From: a virus
Taxonomy: Duplodnaviria > Caudoviricetes
DNA: 64,000 bases
IMG/VR virus record: IMGVR_UViG_3300013383_000020
Location: 44,518 to 108,517 of that record
Direction: 5' to 3' (one strand)
The first letter of the stretch is position 1. Every line of letters begins with the position of its first letter. Positions 38,765 through 48,587 of this stretch are shown piece by piece. The position numbers were made by a program, and so were the translations under genes. A model generated the notes under the pieces. That model saw nothing but the letters and a program-made list of their open reading frames with translations. It searched no databases and was not told where the DNA came from.

Positions 38765-39457
38765 ATGGCAAGATACACAAGTAATAACAAAAATGGTGTT
38801 AAAAGAAAATGTGGTTGTTGCGGAGAAAACCTTTATATAAACAAGAATAATATTGACGATGCAATCTACTATGATAAAAAAACATATCATAGTAGTTGCT
38901 TTATCAATATATGTCGGAAGCGTATTGCTAACAAAAGGGCAGACGTATCAGCAAAATGGACTTGGGTATATGACCACATTGATTCTATAAAAAAAGATAC
39001 ATATTCGCATCTCGCAGTAGCAATAGAGCAAGATGAGATATTTGAGTTTATTAAAGAAGCATATGATTTGACGATTATCCCTACTACTGTGTGGCAAAAG
39101 TTAGGTAACATTTACAATGGAACTTTTAAGGGAATGTCAGTAGGTATTCCACCTTCAGACTTACTTGATATGTGGCAAAGAAAAATAGATATGCTTAATG
39201 GTATTGCGAAAAAGAATGAAGTCAAAGGTATTCATATGCAGCCAGAACAACGACTTTCGTATGATTTATCCATTCTGGTTAATAAATACGACAGTTATTT
39301 AAGGTGGAAAGAAAAACAAAAAATACTTGAAGCTGAGAAAGAAATAGAAAAATCACAGAATATTGTCAGTCAATCAATTGGTTATACAAGTGTGTCCAAA
39401 GATAATAAGGCTGATACAGATGATATTTCAGACTTGGTGGATGATATTTTTGGATAG
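38765..39457 (+). CDS. replication-associated hypothetical protein (Zn-binding)
   Basis: CGCC...HSSC; position before helicase. Confidence 0.65.
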   Translation: MARYTSNNKNGVKRKCGCCGENLYINKNNIDDAIYYDKKTYHSSCFINICRKRIANKRADVSAKWTWVYDHIDSIKKDTYSHLAVAIEQDEIFEFIKEAYDLTIIPTTVWQKLGNIYNGTFKGMSVGIPPSDLLDMWQRKIDMLNGIAKKNEVKGIHMQPEQRLSYDLSILVNKYDSYLRWKEKQKILEAEKEIEKSQNIVSQSIGYTSVSKDNKADTDDISDLVDDIFG

Positions 39458-39466
39458 GAGATAATA

Positions 39467-40231
39467 TTGGATAATTACACAGTTTACAAACATATAAGCC
39501 CATCTGGAAAACAATATATTGGAATTACAAAACAAGATGTGAAAAAAAGATGGGCAAATGGCGAAGGATATAGGAATTGTACATATTTTTATAATGCCAT
39601 TCAAAAATATGGATGGGATAATTTTGAACATATTATCTTATATACTCAATTATCCCGTGAGAGAGCTTGTGAAATTGAGAAAAAGCTTATAGAAGAGTTA
39701 GATTTGTTAAATCCAGAAAAAGGTTATAATTTGAAAACTGGTGGCAGATATGGAATTTTAACAGAGAAAAGTAAGAATAAAATTAGCCAATCATTAATTG
39801 GCAATAGTCGTAGGGCAGGAATTCCGCACACACAAGAAACTATTGAACATTTCAAAGCAATAAGAACTGGTAAAAAAACTCATGATTGGACAGATGAATC
39901 AAGAGAAAAAATGAGACAAAATAGGCTTGGAAAGAAAGCCTCAAAAGAAACAAAAAATTTATTGAGCGAAATGCGAAAGGGTGAAAGCAATTCATTTTAT
40001 GGAAAGCATCACACCGATGAGAATAAGAAAAAATTTAGAGAAAATGGTATTAAAGATAAAGTTGTTCAATTAACAATGGATCATGAATTTGTAAAAGAGT
40101 GGGATTGTGCAATTGACGCACAAAGAGAATTACATATTTACAATATAGGTAATGTATGCAATGGAAAACAAAAATCAGCAGGACATTTTTTATGGATGTA
40201 TAAGGGGGATTACGATGGAAGAAGAGCGTAG
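39467..40231 (+). CDS. free-standing GIY-YIG homing endonuclease (NUMOD3 repeats)
   Basis: VYKH...YIGIT, GYN, NSFYGKHHT. Confidence 0.88.
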   Translation: MDNYTVYKHISPSGKQYIGITKQDVKKRWANGEGYRNCTYFYNAIQKYGWDNFEHIILYTQLSRERACEIEKKLIEELDLLNPEKGYNLKTGGRYGILTEKSKNKISQSLIGNSRRAGIPHTQETIEHFKAIRTGKKTHDWTDESREKMRQNRLGKKASKETKNLLSEMRKGESNSFYGKHHTDENKKKFRENGIKDKVVQLTMDHEFVKEWDCAIDAQRELHIYNIGNVCNGKQKSAGHFLWMYKGDYDGRRA

Positions 40232-41768
40232 AATATCAGATACCAATGTGTCCGCAGAAATATGTTTTGTGGGAGCACTCGTGAAACAGCCTGATTTGAT
40301 TGTTAATTATAGCAACTTTATGAGAAGTAAATATGACTTCTCTGATCCTGCAACAAAGTTCTTCTATGATAGTTTTGAAACATATTACTTAACATTTTCT
40401 CAAACAGTAGATGAAACAAAAATGAATGTGTTTATGAGTCAGAATGAAGAACGACTCAAGCTATATAAACAATATAAGGGTTGGAAAACACTTCAAAGAT
40501 ATATGACCTTGGCAGATGAAAATGATGTGAAAAATTATTTTGATACTGTTAAGAAGTATTCATTAGTTAGAGAGTATGGAAGAAATGGATTTCCAGTTGA
40601 GAGAATATTATCTCATAGGAACTTTGATAAAATGTCACCGAATGACATTTATAGGATTATTCGTACAAAAGCGGATAAGATAAACACAGTAATTAATGCT
40701 GGTGAAGAAGCAGTTGAGCTTACTGATAAAAACTCATCTCAAATCGACAAATATCTTGAAAAGCCAAATTTCGGCTTACCTTTCCCCTGGTATATGTATA
40801 ACGAATTTTTTCTTGGTCTTAGAGAGACAAAGGTTCTCTTTGAAGGATTCCTTTCTAATGAGGGCAAAACAAGAAAACTTGTACTTTTAGCAGCTTATGT
40901 AGCACTTGTGCAAAATGAGAATTTTTTTCTTATGAGTAATGAGATGGATGAAGAAGACCTTCGTAGCTGTCTTATTACAACTGTTATTAATAATAAAGAG
41001 TTTCAAGAGTTGCATGGCGTACATATTACAAAGCCTGAGAAAGAGATTGTATTAGGTGTTTACCATGATAAAAATGGTGACATTATCAGAAGAAAAATTG
41101 ATGATAATGGTGTTTATCTTGAAAGTAATGAAGATTACATAAAGAGAATAAAAGATACGTCAGAGGAATATTGGAACGTAAAAAAAGTTACAGATTGGAT
41201 TGATAATAGTGATCGTAAGGGCAAAGTTATGTTCAAAGATGTTGGAGATGATTATAGCCCTGAAAGAATTGAATTTGAATTGCGTAAAGCAAAGATGGTT
41301 CAGAATATTAAATATTATGGTTATGACACGTTAAAAGGTTATAACACTGATGATTGGTCACAGATTAAACAGTTTGCAACTAAATTGAAAGAATTGACAA
41401 AAGAACTTCGTATGAGTGGATATGCAGTATTCCAGTTAAGTGATGATACGGTATTTACGGATATTTTTAGTTTGAGCAGTAATAACATTGCCAATGCAAA
41501 ACAGATAAAGCATGTAGCCGATATCTTGAACATTGGTAAAAAGTTAAATAAGGAAGAATACCATAAATATCAAGTTGTTTTAGAATGTGATTCTTGGGGC
41601 GAGCCAGTGACGGAAGATTTGGATTTAAGTAAACAATATTTTTGTATTAAGCCAGATAAAAACAGAGCAGGTAGTAAGGACAAGATTATGTTATTTGAGA
41701 TTGATTTGAACTTAAATATTTGGAGAAATATAGGTTATATCATTAAAAAACCAAAAAATAGTGACTAA
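40215..41768 (+). CDS. dnaB: replicative DNA helicase, DnaB-like
   Basis: SNEGKT, SNEM, FQL, DKNRAG. Confidence 0.8.
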   Translation: MEEERRISDTNVSAEICFVGALVKQPDLIVNYSNFMRSKYDFSDPATKFFYDSFETYYLTFSQTVDETKMNVFMSQNEERLKLYKQYKGWKTLQRYMTLADENDVKNYFDTVKKYSLVREYGRNGFPVERILSHRNFDKMSPNDIYRIIRTKADKINTVINAGEEAVELTDKNSSQIDKYLEKPNFGLPFPWYMYNEFFLGLRETKVLFEGFLSNEGKTRKLVLLAAYVALVQNENFFLMSNEMDEEDLRSCLITTVINNKEFQELHGVHITKPEKEIVLGVYHDKNGDIIRRKIDDNGVYLESNEDYIKRIKDTSEEYWNVKKVTDWIDNSDRKGKVMFKDVGDDYSPERIEFELRKAKMVQNIKYYGYDTLKGYNTDDWSQIKQFATKLKELTKELRMSGYAVFQLSDDTVFTDIFSLSSNNIANAKQIKHVADILNIGKKLNKEEYHKYQVVLECDSWGEPVTEDLDLSKQYFCIKPDKNRAGSKDKIMLFEIDLNLNIWRNIGYIIKKPKNSD

Positions 41769-41783
41769 TTGGAGGGTGGCAGC

Positions 41784-42809
41784 TTGGATGTAAAAGAGTT
41801 GAAGAATTATATATATGAAAATAATTATTGTGAACAGATATTAGAATCCGTTGGTTGCCACCATATCAAATATCATTCAGTTGGATCATATTGGACTGCT
41901 GGTAATCCTGATGGAGATAATAAGGGAGCAATTATTCTATATAATAATGAGTCCCTTATCTGCTTAAATAAAACTCGACAAATGATAAAAGGAAATAGAC
42001 AAACAGATATTATTGATCTTGTATGTTATGTCAAAGACCTTACATTTCCAGAAGGATTAAAAGAAATATGCTCAGAGATAGGAATGTCTTATTATCACGA
42101 CTTTGAAGAGGATATTCCAGATAGTTTTAAAATACTGAAAATGTTAGAAGATATGGATTCTAATATATCAGAAGAAAAAGAAAAGCCATTACAACCTATT
42201 TCGGAGAAAATACTTTCGTATTACAAACCTTATGTAAATGATTTATTCTACGAAGACCATATAAATTATGAAACACAAAGAGAGTTTGAGATAGGTTTTG
42301 ATGAAGAAACAAACCGATACACAATTCCTATTCGTTCTGAATTAGGAGATTTAGTCGGTGTAAAAGCAAGATATTTTGATAGAAAAGTACCTGATGGAAT
42401 GAATAAATATATTTACTTAGAACCATGTGCAAAATCAAAAATCATATATGGATTGTATAAAACTCTTCCTTATATAAAGAGAACAGGAAGAATATATGTT
42501 GCAGAATCTGAAAAAGCAGTACAACAAGCATGGAATTATGGTTATCAAAATGTTGGTGGTACAGGTGGGAAGGAACTTTCACAATATCAAATTGATATGT
42601 TAGTTAGACTTGGTACAGATATAATCTTATGTTTAGACAAAGATGTAAAAAAAGAAGAATTAGAGGAACTAGCAGAAAGATTTCCTGATGGTGTTCCACT
42701 CTATTATATGTTTGACGAAGATAATATTCTTGATGAAAAAGAATCCCCAACAGACGATCCTATTAAATGGAAACACTTGGTAGAGAATAATATATATAGA
42801 TTAAGATAG
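41784..42809 (+). CDS. dnaG: DNA primase (TOPRIM)
   Basis: IPIR...VGVKAR, KY, ESEK, LDKD. Confidence 0.8.
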   Translation: MDVKELKNYIYENNYCEQILESVGCHHIKYHSVGSYWTAGNPDGDNKGAIILYNNESLICLNKTRQMIKGNRQTDIIDLVCYVKDLTFPEGLKEICSEIGMSYYHDFEEDIPDSFKILKMLEDMDSNISEEKEKPLQPISEKILSYYKPYVNDLFYEDHINYETQREFEIGFDEETNRYTIPIRSELGDLVGVKARYFDRKVPDGMNKYIYLEPCAKSKIIYGLYKTLPYIKRTGRIYVAESEKAVQQAWNYGYQNVGGTGGKELSQYQIDMLVRLGTDIILCLDKDVKKEELEELAERFPDGVPLYYMFDEDNILDEKESPTDDPIKWKHLVENNIYRLR

Positions 42810-42815
42810 GAAGGT

Positions 42816-44591
42816 GTGTATTTGAAGTACAGATTATATGAAAATAGCGACAATAACACTTCCAATGTATTAGAGGAAGTTTTAAGAAATAGAGGAGTTG
42901 ATGATTATGAAAAATATCTCAACTTAGATGAGAGTGTTTTGATTCCATACGAAAATTTGGATAACATACATGAAGCAGTAGAGTTATTTATGAAACACTT
43001 TAATAATAAGGATAAAATAGAAATATTAGTAGATTCTGATCCAGATGGTTTTTGTTCAGCAGCTATGATGTATTCTTATATTAAGAAAATGGATAGTGAT
43101 TATCCAGTTAATTACATATTACATGCAAGAGCAAAAGCACATGGATTAGATGATGATATTGTAATATCTGATGATACAAAATTATTGGTTATTCCTGATG
43201 CTGGCACAAACGACACAGAACAGTGTGAGGAACTTTCGGGAAAGGGCATTGATATACTTATTCTTGATCACCATGAGTCAGAAGAAGAAAATCCATATGC
43301 ACTAATTGTAAATAATCAAATGAGTGACAATTATCCTAACAAAGATTTCTGTGGTGCAGGTGTTGTGTATAAGTTTTTACAAGCGTTAGATACAGAAACA
43401 TGGAATGAGTTTGCAGATGACTATTTAGATTTATGTGCATTAGCAAATATTAGTGATGTTATGGATATGCGTTCATTTGAGACAAGATATATTACAAACC
43501 TTGGATTACTCAATATTACAAATAAATGTTTTCAGGCTTTTATTAAAGCGCAAGATTATAGTATGAATGGTAAAGTTAATATACATAATATCCAATGGTA
43601 TGTAACACCCGTGATTAATGCGTGTATCCGTATCGGCTCAAGTGATGAAAAGGAGTTATTATTCAGAGCTTTTATTGAAAAAGATGAGTTCTTTGAATAT
43701 AAAAAAAGAGCCACAAAGGATAAACCAGCAGAAATAATTCAGGAAAGCATTTATGATAGAGCTGCTAGACTTTGTAAAAATGCAAAATCACGACAAGATA
43801 AAATGAAAGAAAAAGGTGTAAAAGCCATTTCAGAAGTCGTAGATGAACTTCCAATTGATGACAAGGTTATTATGGTTGATGTATCTGAATTACTTGATAG
43901 TGGATTAACTGGTGTTGTAGCGATTAAAATTGCAGAGCAATATAATAAACCTTGTATTCTGCTAAAGAAACACTTTGATAAAAAGACAAAAACAACTGTA
44001 TTTGGCGGTAGTGCAAGAAATATTGATAATAGTCCAATTGATAGTTTTAAAGATATTGTTAATTCAACAGGATTTGTTAATGGTAAAGGTCATGCAAATG
44101 CCTTTGGTATTGTAGATTTACCAGTTGATAATAAAGAAAAAGCAATCAATATGATGAACAGTATTCTTAGAGATACTGAATATGATTCTACATATCGTGT
44201 GGATTTTATCTTAGACATTAATCATGTCACAATCCCTTTAATTATTAAGTTATCACAGTTTGAAGATATTATTTGTCAAGGAATTGATGAACCTATGCTT
44301 GCAATAGAGAATATATCATTGACAAGAGATTGCTTTGAAGTATTTGGAAAAAATGAAGATACTATCAGTTTTATGGTGAATGATATTAAATACATTCAGT
44401 TCAAATGTAAAGAAGGTAATCAATTATATGATTTTCTTCAAAACGCATGGGATGATAACGATAGTATTACATTTAATATTGTCGGAAAACCTTCAATAAA
44501 CGAATATAACGGCATTAGAACACCACAGATTATTATCGAAGATGTAGCTGTTATCAGTACAAATAGTAACGATGAGGACGATGATTGGTAG
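42816..44591 (+). CDS. recJ: RecJ-like DHH exonuclease
   Basis: DSDPDG, ILDHH, GSAR, GHANAFG. Confidence 0.9.
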   Translation: MYLKYRLYENSDNNTSNVLEEVLRNRGVDDYEKYLNLDESVLIPYENLDNIHEAVELFMKHFNNKDKIEILVDSDPDGFCSAAMMYSYIKKMDSDYPVNYILHARAKAHGLDDDIVISDDTKLLVIPDAGTNDTEQCEELSGKGIDILILDHHESEEENPYALIVNNQMSDNYPNKDFCGAGVVYKFLQALDTETWNEFADDYLDLCALANISDVMDMRSFETRYITNLGLLNITNKCFQAFIKAQDYSMNGKVNIHNIQWYVTPVINACIRIGSSDEKELLFRAFIEKDEFFEYKKRATKDKPAEIIQESIYDRAARLCKNAKSRQDKMKEKGVKAISEVVDELPIDDKVIMVDVSELLDSGLTGVVAIKIAEQYNKPCILLKKHFDKKTKTTVFGGSARNIDNSPIDSFKDIVNSTGFVNGKGHANAFGIVDLPVDNKEKAINMMNSILRDTEYDSTYRVDFILDINHVTIPLIIKLSQFEDIICQGIDEPMLAIENISLTRDCFEVFGKNEDTISFMVNDIKYIQFKCKEGNQLYDFLQNAWDDNDSITFNIVGKPSINEYNGIRTPQIIIEDVAVISTNSNDEDDDW

Positions 44592-44594
44592 GAG

Positions 44595-45314
44595 GTGATA
44601 CTAATCGGCAGATTAATTGACCTAACTGGAAAACGATTTGGCAGACTTTTAGTATTGAGAAGAAATGGCACAGCAAAAGATGGAACACCATTATGGGAAT
44701 GCCAATGTGAATGTGGAAATATAAGAGATATAAGAGGTACTTCATTACGAAGTGGTTCTACATTATCTTGTGGTTGTTTGCATAGTGAAATTATATCTAA
44801 AAGAGTTAAAAAATACAATGAGTATAATTTGTTAGGAGAATATGGTATTGGGTGGACTTCAAATACGAATAAAGAATTTTATTTTGATTTAGAAGATTAT
44901 GATCAGATAAAAAATCATTGTTGGTTTGAAAATGATCAAGGTTATATTTGTACTCGACTATACGGTGAAGATAAAAGGGGTAAAAATATTAGATTACATC
45001 AACTGATTACGGGATTTAATTATGAACTTATCGACCATATAAATACTAATAAAAAAGATAATAGAAAATTTAATTTAAGACCAAGTGACAAACAGACAAA
45101 TAATATTAATCGTGATGCTAACTGCAATAATAAGCTTGGTATTAAAGGAGTATTAAAAAAGAAAAACGGTTCATATATGGCTAGAATTGAACGCAATGGA
45201 AAAATATATTCTAAAACGAACAAGAGCCTAGATGTTGTTGTTAATTGGAGACATGAAAAAGAAAAAGAGTTATATGGAGAATTTGCATACAAATATTATA
45301 AGGAGGTTCGGTAA
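44595..45314 (+). CDS. HNH (AP2-like) homing endonuclease
   Basis: WECQCECG, SCGC, DHINTNKKDNRKFNLR. Confidence 0.88.
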   Translation: MILIGRLIDLTGKRFGRLLVLRRNGTAKDGTPLWECQCECGNIRDIRGTSLRSGSTLSCGCLHSEIISKRVKKYNEYNLLGEYGIGWTSNTNKEFYFDLEDYDQIKNHCWFENDQGYICTRLYGEDKRGKNIRLHQLITGFNYELIDHINTNKKDNRKFNLRPSDKQTNNINRDANCNNKLGIKGVLKKKNGSYMARIERNGKIYSKTNKSLDVVVNWRHEKEKELYGEFAYKYYKEVR

Positions 45315-48300
45315 TGGCATATTCCAGTTTACATAATCATGATTTCTATTCACTATTAGATGGTTATGGAAGTCCAAAAGAAATGTTGGATAGAGCTAAA
45401 GAAATAGGTTTAAAGGCGTATGCCACAACAAATCATGGAAATGCATATGCCCATATTTACTTTGATCTTATTAAAAAAGACTATCCAGATATTAAAATGA
45501 TATATGGATGTGAGTTATATGAATGTGAAGATATTACTGTTAAGGACAAAGACAATAAATATTTCCATTTGATTTGTTTGGTAAGAAATGAACAGGGCAG
45601 AAAAGACTTAAATAAGGTTATTACAAAAAGTAATTTTGAAGGGTTTTATTTTAAGCCACGATGCACAGTGGAAGATATTAAGCCTTATGCTGAGAATTTT
45701 GTTATTTCTTCTGCTTGTTTAGCAAGTAAGTTAGCAAGAGAATCAGACTTTGAGAAGTGTATTGAATATATCAATGAGTATAAAGAAGCCTTTCCACATT
45801 TCTTTCTTGAGATGCAGTCACATTCTCATCAAGATCAGTGCTTATATAATCAGAAAATTTTAGAGCTTTCAAAAAGAACAAATACCCCATTTATCATTAC
45901 TACAGATAGTCATGCACCTAAGAAAGAAGATTTATATTATCAGGACAAGCTTATTCAGATTGGTAGAAAAAGTAGCAACAACGACAAAAATGCTATCGAA
46001 AATAGTGAGGTGTACGAAGGTTGCTATATGCAATCTGAAGATGAAATTCATGAAATCATGGATAGCCAGATTGGATATGAAAATGTATGTCTTGGATTGG
46101 AGAATACTAATAAGGTAGCAGATTTAATTGAAAATGTAGATATGCCATTCCAAAAACCACAATTGCCTACATTTCCACTACCTGATGGATATAGAGATAA
46201 TAACGAGTTTCTATGGCATTTAGTTAGACAAGGTTGGAAAGATAGAGGTTATGACAAGCTTAGCGAAGATGAACAGCAAGTAAGACGAACTAGGTTGAAT
46301 TATGAGATGGGTATTATTCATTCAATGGGGTTTGATGGTTATTTCTTGTTTGTATGGGACTTTATCAAGGCTGCTGAGAAACTTGGAATTGAAGTTGGTA
46401 AAGGAAGAGGAAGTGCAGCAGGTTCTTTAGTTTGCTATTGTTGCCATATTACAGATATTGATCCGATTAAATATGGACTCATTTTTGAAAGATTCTTAAA
46501 TCCTGAAAGAGTAGGACTTCCTGATATTGACACAGATGTTGGAAATAGAGATGCAATTATTGATTATCTGGTAGAGAAATATGGAGAAGAAAGAGTATGT
46601 CAGATTATTAACTACTCTTATATTACTCCAACAGTTGCGATCACTGATGTTGGTAAAATACTCGGATTCCCATATAACCAAATGCAAAAACTTTCACAGA
46701 AGTTCACATTTGATAAATGGGATGATTGTATGAAAGCAAACCCTAATCTACTTACAGACAATCCACAATATGCTGATTTATTTGATATTGCAAAGCATTT
46801 AAGCGGTCGTGTTAAAACAGTTTCTATTCATGCTGGTGGTGTTGGAATTGTTGATACAACAATTAATGATTATATGCCAATGAAAATAGGAACTAAGGGC
46901 GAGCATGTAATTCAGGTTGATAAACATTACGTAGAAGATATTGGAATTGTAAAATTTGACCTTCTTGGTGTGGCAACACTTAATCTTGTAAAAGAGATTA
47001 AAGATGATTTACATCTGAATCCTTGGGATTATGATATTAACAATCCAGCATTTGAGAATGATAGACCTACATATGAATTACTTGCAAGTGGCAAGACTAA
47101 TGGTGTATTCCAGGTTGAATCAGCAGGTATGAAAGATTTACTTATTCGATTAAAACCAAAGCTTGAGCAACTGGATTTTGAGGTTATATCTGTTATTTTG
47201 GCATTGTATAGACCTGATAGTATGGGAGCACTTGATGAGTATGTAGAAATGGCAACAGGTGGAAGTAGACCACCATCAATTCATCCAGATATGGACGAAA
47301 TCTTAAAAGATACAAATTACTGTATGATTTATCAGGAACAGCTTCTTGATATTGTTAAGAAGTTTGGTGGAAGAACATATGGACAAGCTGACCTGTTTCG
47401 TAAAGCCATAGGAAAAAAACTTCCAGAATTAGTAAAACAGGAATCGGAAAAACTTCGTGGAGAAATTTCAGCGAATGGATACTCTAAAGAACTTGCTGAT
47501 AAAATTGCAAATGAACTTTCTTCTAAGGGCGGGTATTTGTTTAACAAATCGCATTCTTTTAGTTACGCAGTCCTTTGTTTCGAGACAGCTTGGTTCAAAG
47601 CTCATTATCCAACTTATTTTTTCAAAGCATTGTTCAATCAGAATAAGGATAAAGCAGGTGCGATTAATAAATATATTCTTGATGCAAGATATTTCAATGT
47701 GGATATTATGCCACCGAACATCAATCATTCTGGAATGAATTTCACAGTCGATAAGGATAAGGTTCTTTTTGGATTATCTGCTATTGGTGGAATTGGTGAA
47801 TCACTTTCTAAGCAAATTATCGAAGAAAGAGAGAATAATGGTATATACAAATCGTTTGATGATTTGATTCAGAGACTTTCTTTAGGTAAGGCATCTGTTA
47901 TTGCACTGATAAAATCTGGTGCAATTCCTTGTAAAAATAAGCGTGAAAAACTTATATCATATCTTAAATCAGAGTATCAACCATTAAAATTCTCAGAAGT
48001 TCAATCATTGCCTACCTATAAGAAACTCGAAGAAGATTGGAACATTGACTTAAAGAAGTACGTGATTCCTTCATCTGGAAAACGAATTGTATATGACAAA
48101 GAAGCATTACTTGCCGAATATAACAGGTTGAAAAAGATACAATTTGAAGAAAATCAGAGGGTAAGATTCCAAAAGTACATAAATGATAACAAAAAATATC
48201 TTGAAGATGAACAGTTTTGGGAATTCCAAACATTACAGGTATTTATTAACGATAATCCATTTGATGCAGCTTATACATTCTTGACACCATTTGAGGATGT

Positions 48301-48586
48301 GCCTGATGGTGAGAAGTGTACTTTAGTTGGAATTATAGCAAAGGTTCAAAAGAAGAAAGATAAGAATGGTAAGCAATTCGCATATATAAACATCTATTCA
48401 AGTTTTGGACTTGTTGAAGGAATTGTATGGCATAGTCAATTAAAGGAATATGAAGATTTAGTTAAAAAAGGGCAGCAAGTAGCAATTCTTTGTAAGAAAG
48501 ATAGCGAAGAAAAAGTAATTGTAGAAAAATTAAAGCCATATAGCAAATGGCTTGAATATGTGAGAAAGAAAGGAGTGTCAGTCTAA
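45314..48586 (+). CDS. dnaE: DNA polymerase III alpha subunit
   Basis: LHNH..YSLLDG, GRGSAAGS, PDIDTD, KFDLLG, FNKSH. Confidence 0.97.
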   Translation: MAYSSLHNHDFYSLLDGYGSPKEMLDRAKEIGLKAYATTNHGNAYAHIYFDLIKKDYPDIKMIYGCELYECEDITVKDKDNKYFHLICLVRNEQGRKDLNKVITKSNFEGFYFKPRCTVEDIKPYAENFVISSACLASKLARESDFEKCIEYINEYKEAFPHFFLEMQSHSHQDQCLYNQKILELSKRTNTPFIITTDSHAPKKEDLYYQDKLIQIGRKSSNNDKNAIENSEVYEGCYMQSEDEIHEIMDSQIGYENVCLGLENTNKVADLIENVDMPFQKPQLPTFPLPDGYRDNNEFLWHLVRQGWKDRGYDKLSEDEQQVRRTRLNYEMGIIHSMGFDGYFLFVWDFIKAAEKLGIEVGKGRGSAAGSLVCYCCHITDIDPIKYGLIFERFLNPERVGLPDIDTDVGNRDAIIDYLVEKYGEERVCQIINYSYITPTVAITDVGKILGFPYNQMQKLSQKFTFDKWDDCMKANPNLLTDNPQYADLFDIAKHLSGRVKTVSIHAGGVGIVDTTINDYMPMKIGTKGEHVIQVDKHYVEDIGIVKFDLLGVATLNLVKEIKDDLHLNPWDYDINNPAFENDRPTYELLASGKTNGVFQVESAGMKDLLIRLKPKLEQLDFEVISVILALYRPDSMGALDEYVEMATGGSRPPSIHPDMDEILKDTNYCMIYQEQLLDIVKKFGGRTYGQADLFRKAIGKKLPELVKQESEKLRGEISANGYSKELADKIANELSSKGGYLFNKSHSFSYAVLCFETAWFKAHYPTYFFKALFNQNKDKAGAINKYILDARYFNVDIMPPNINHSGMNFTVDKDKVLFGLSAIGGIGESLSKQIIEERENNGIYKSFDDLIQRLSLGKASVIALIKSGAIPCKNKREKLISYLKSEYQPLKFSEVQSLPTYKKLEEDWNIDLKKYVIPSSGKRIVYDKEALLAEYNRLKKIQFEENQRVRFQKYINDNKKYLEDEQFWEFQTLQVFINDNPFDAAYTFLTPFEDVPDGEKCTLVGIIAKVQKKKDKNGKQFAYINIYSSFGLVEGIVWHSQLKEYEDLVKKGQQVAILCKKDSEEKVIVEKLKPYSKWLEYVRKKGVSV

Positions 48587-48587
48587 A

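Noticed and set aside
39458-40231. Group I intron in dnaB
   Set aside because: No non-coding flanks or P7 motifs around the endonuclease
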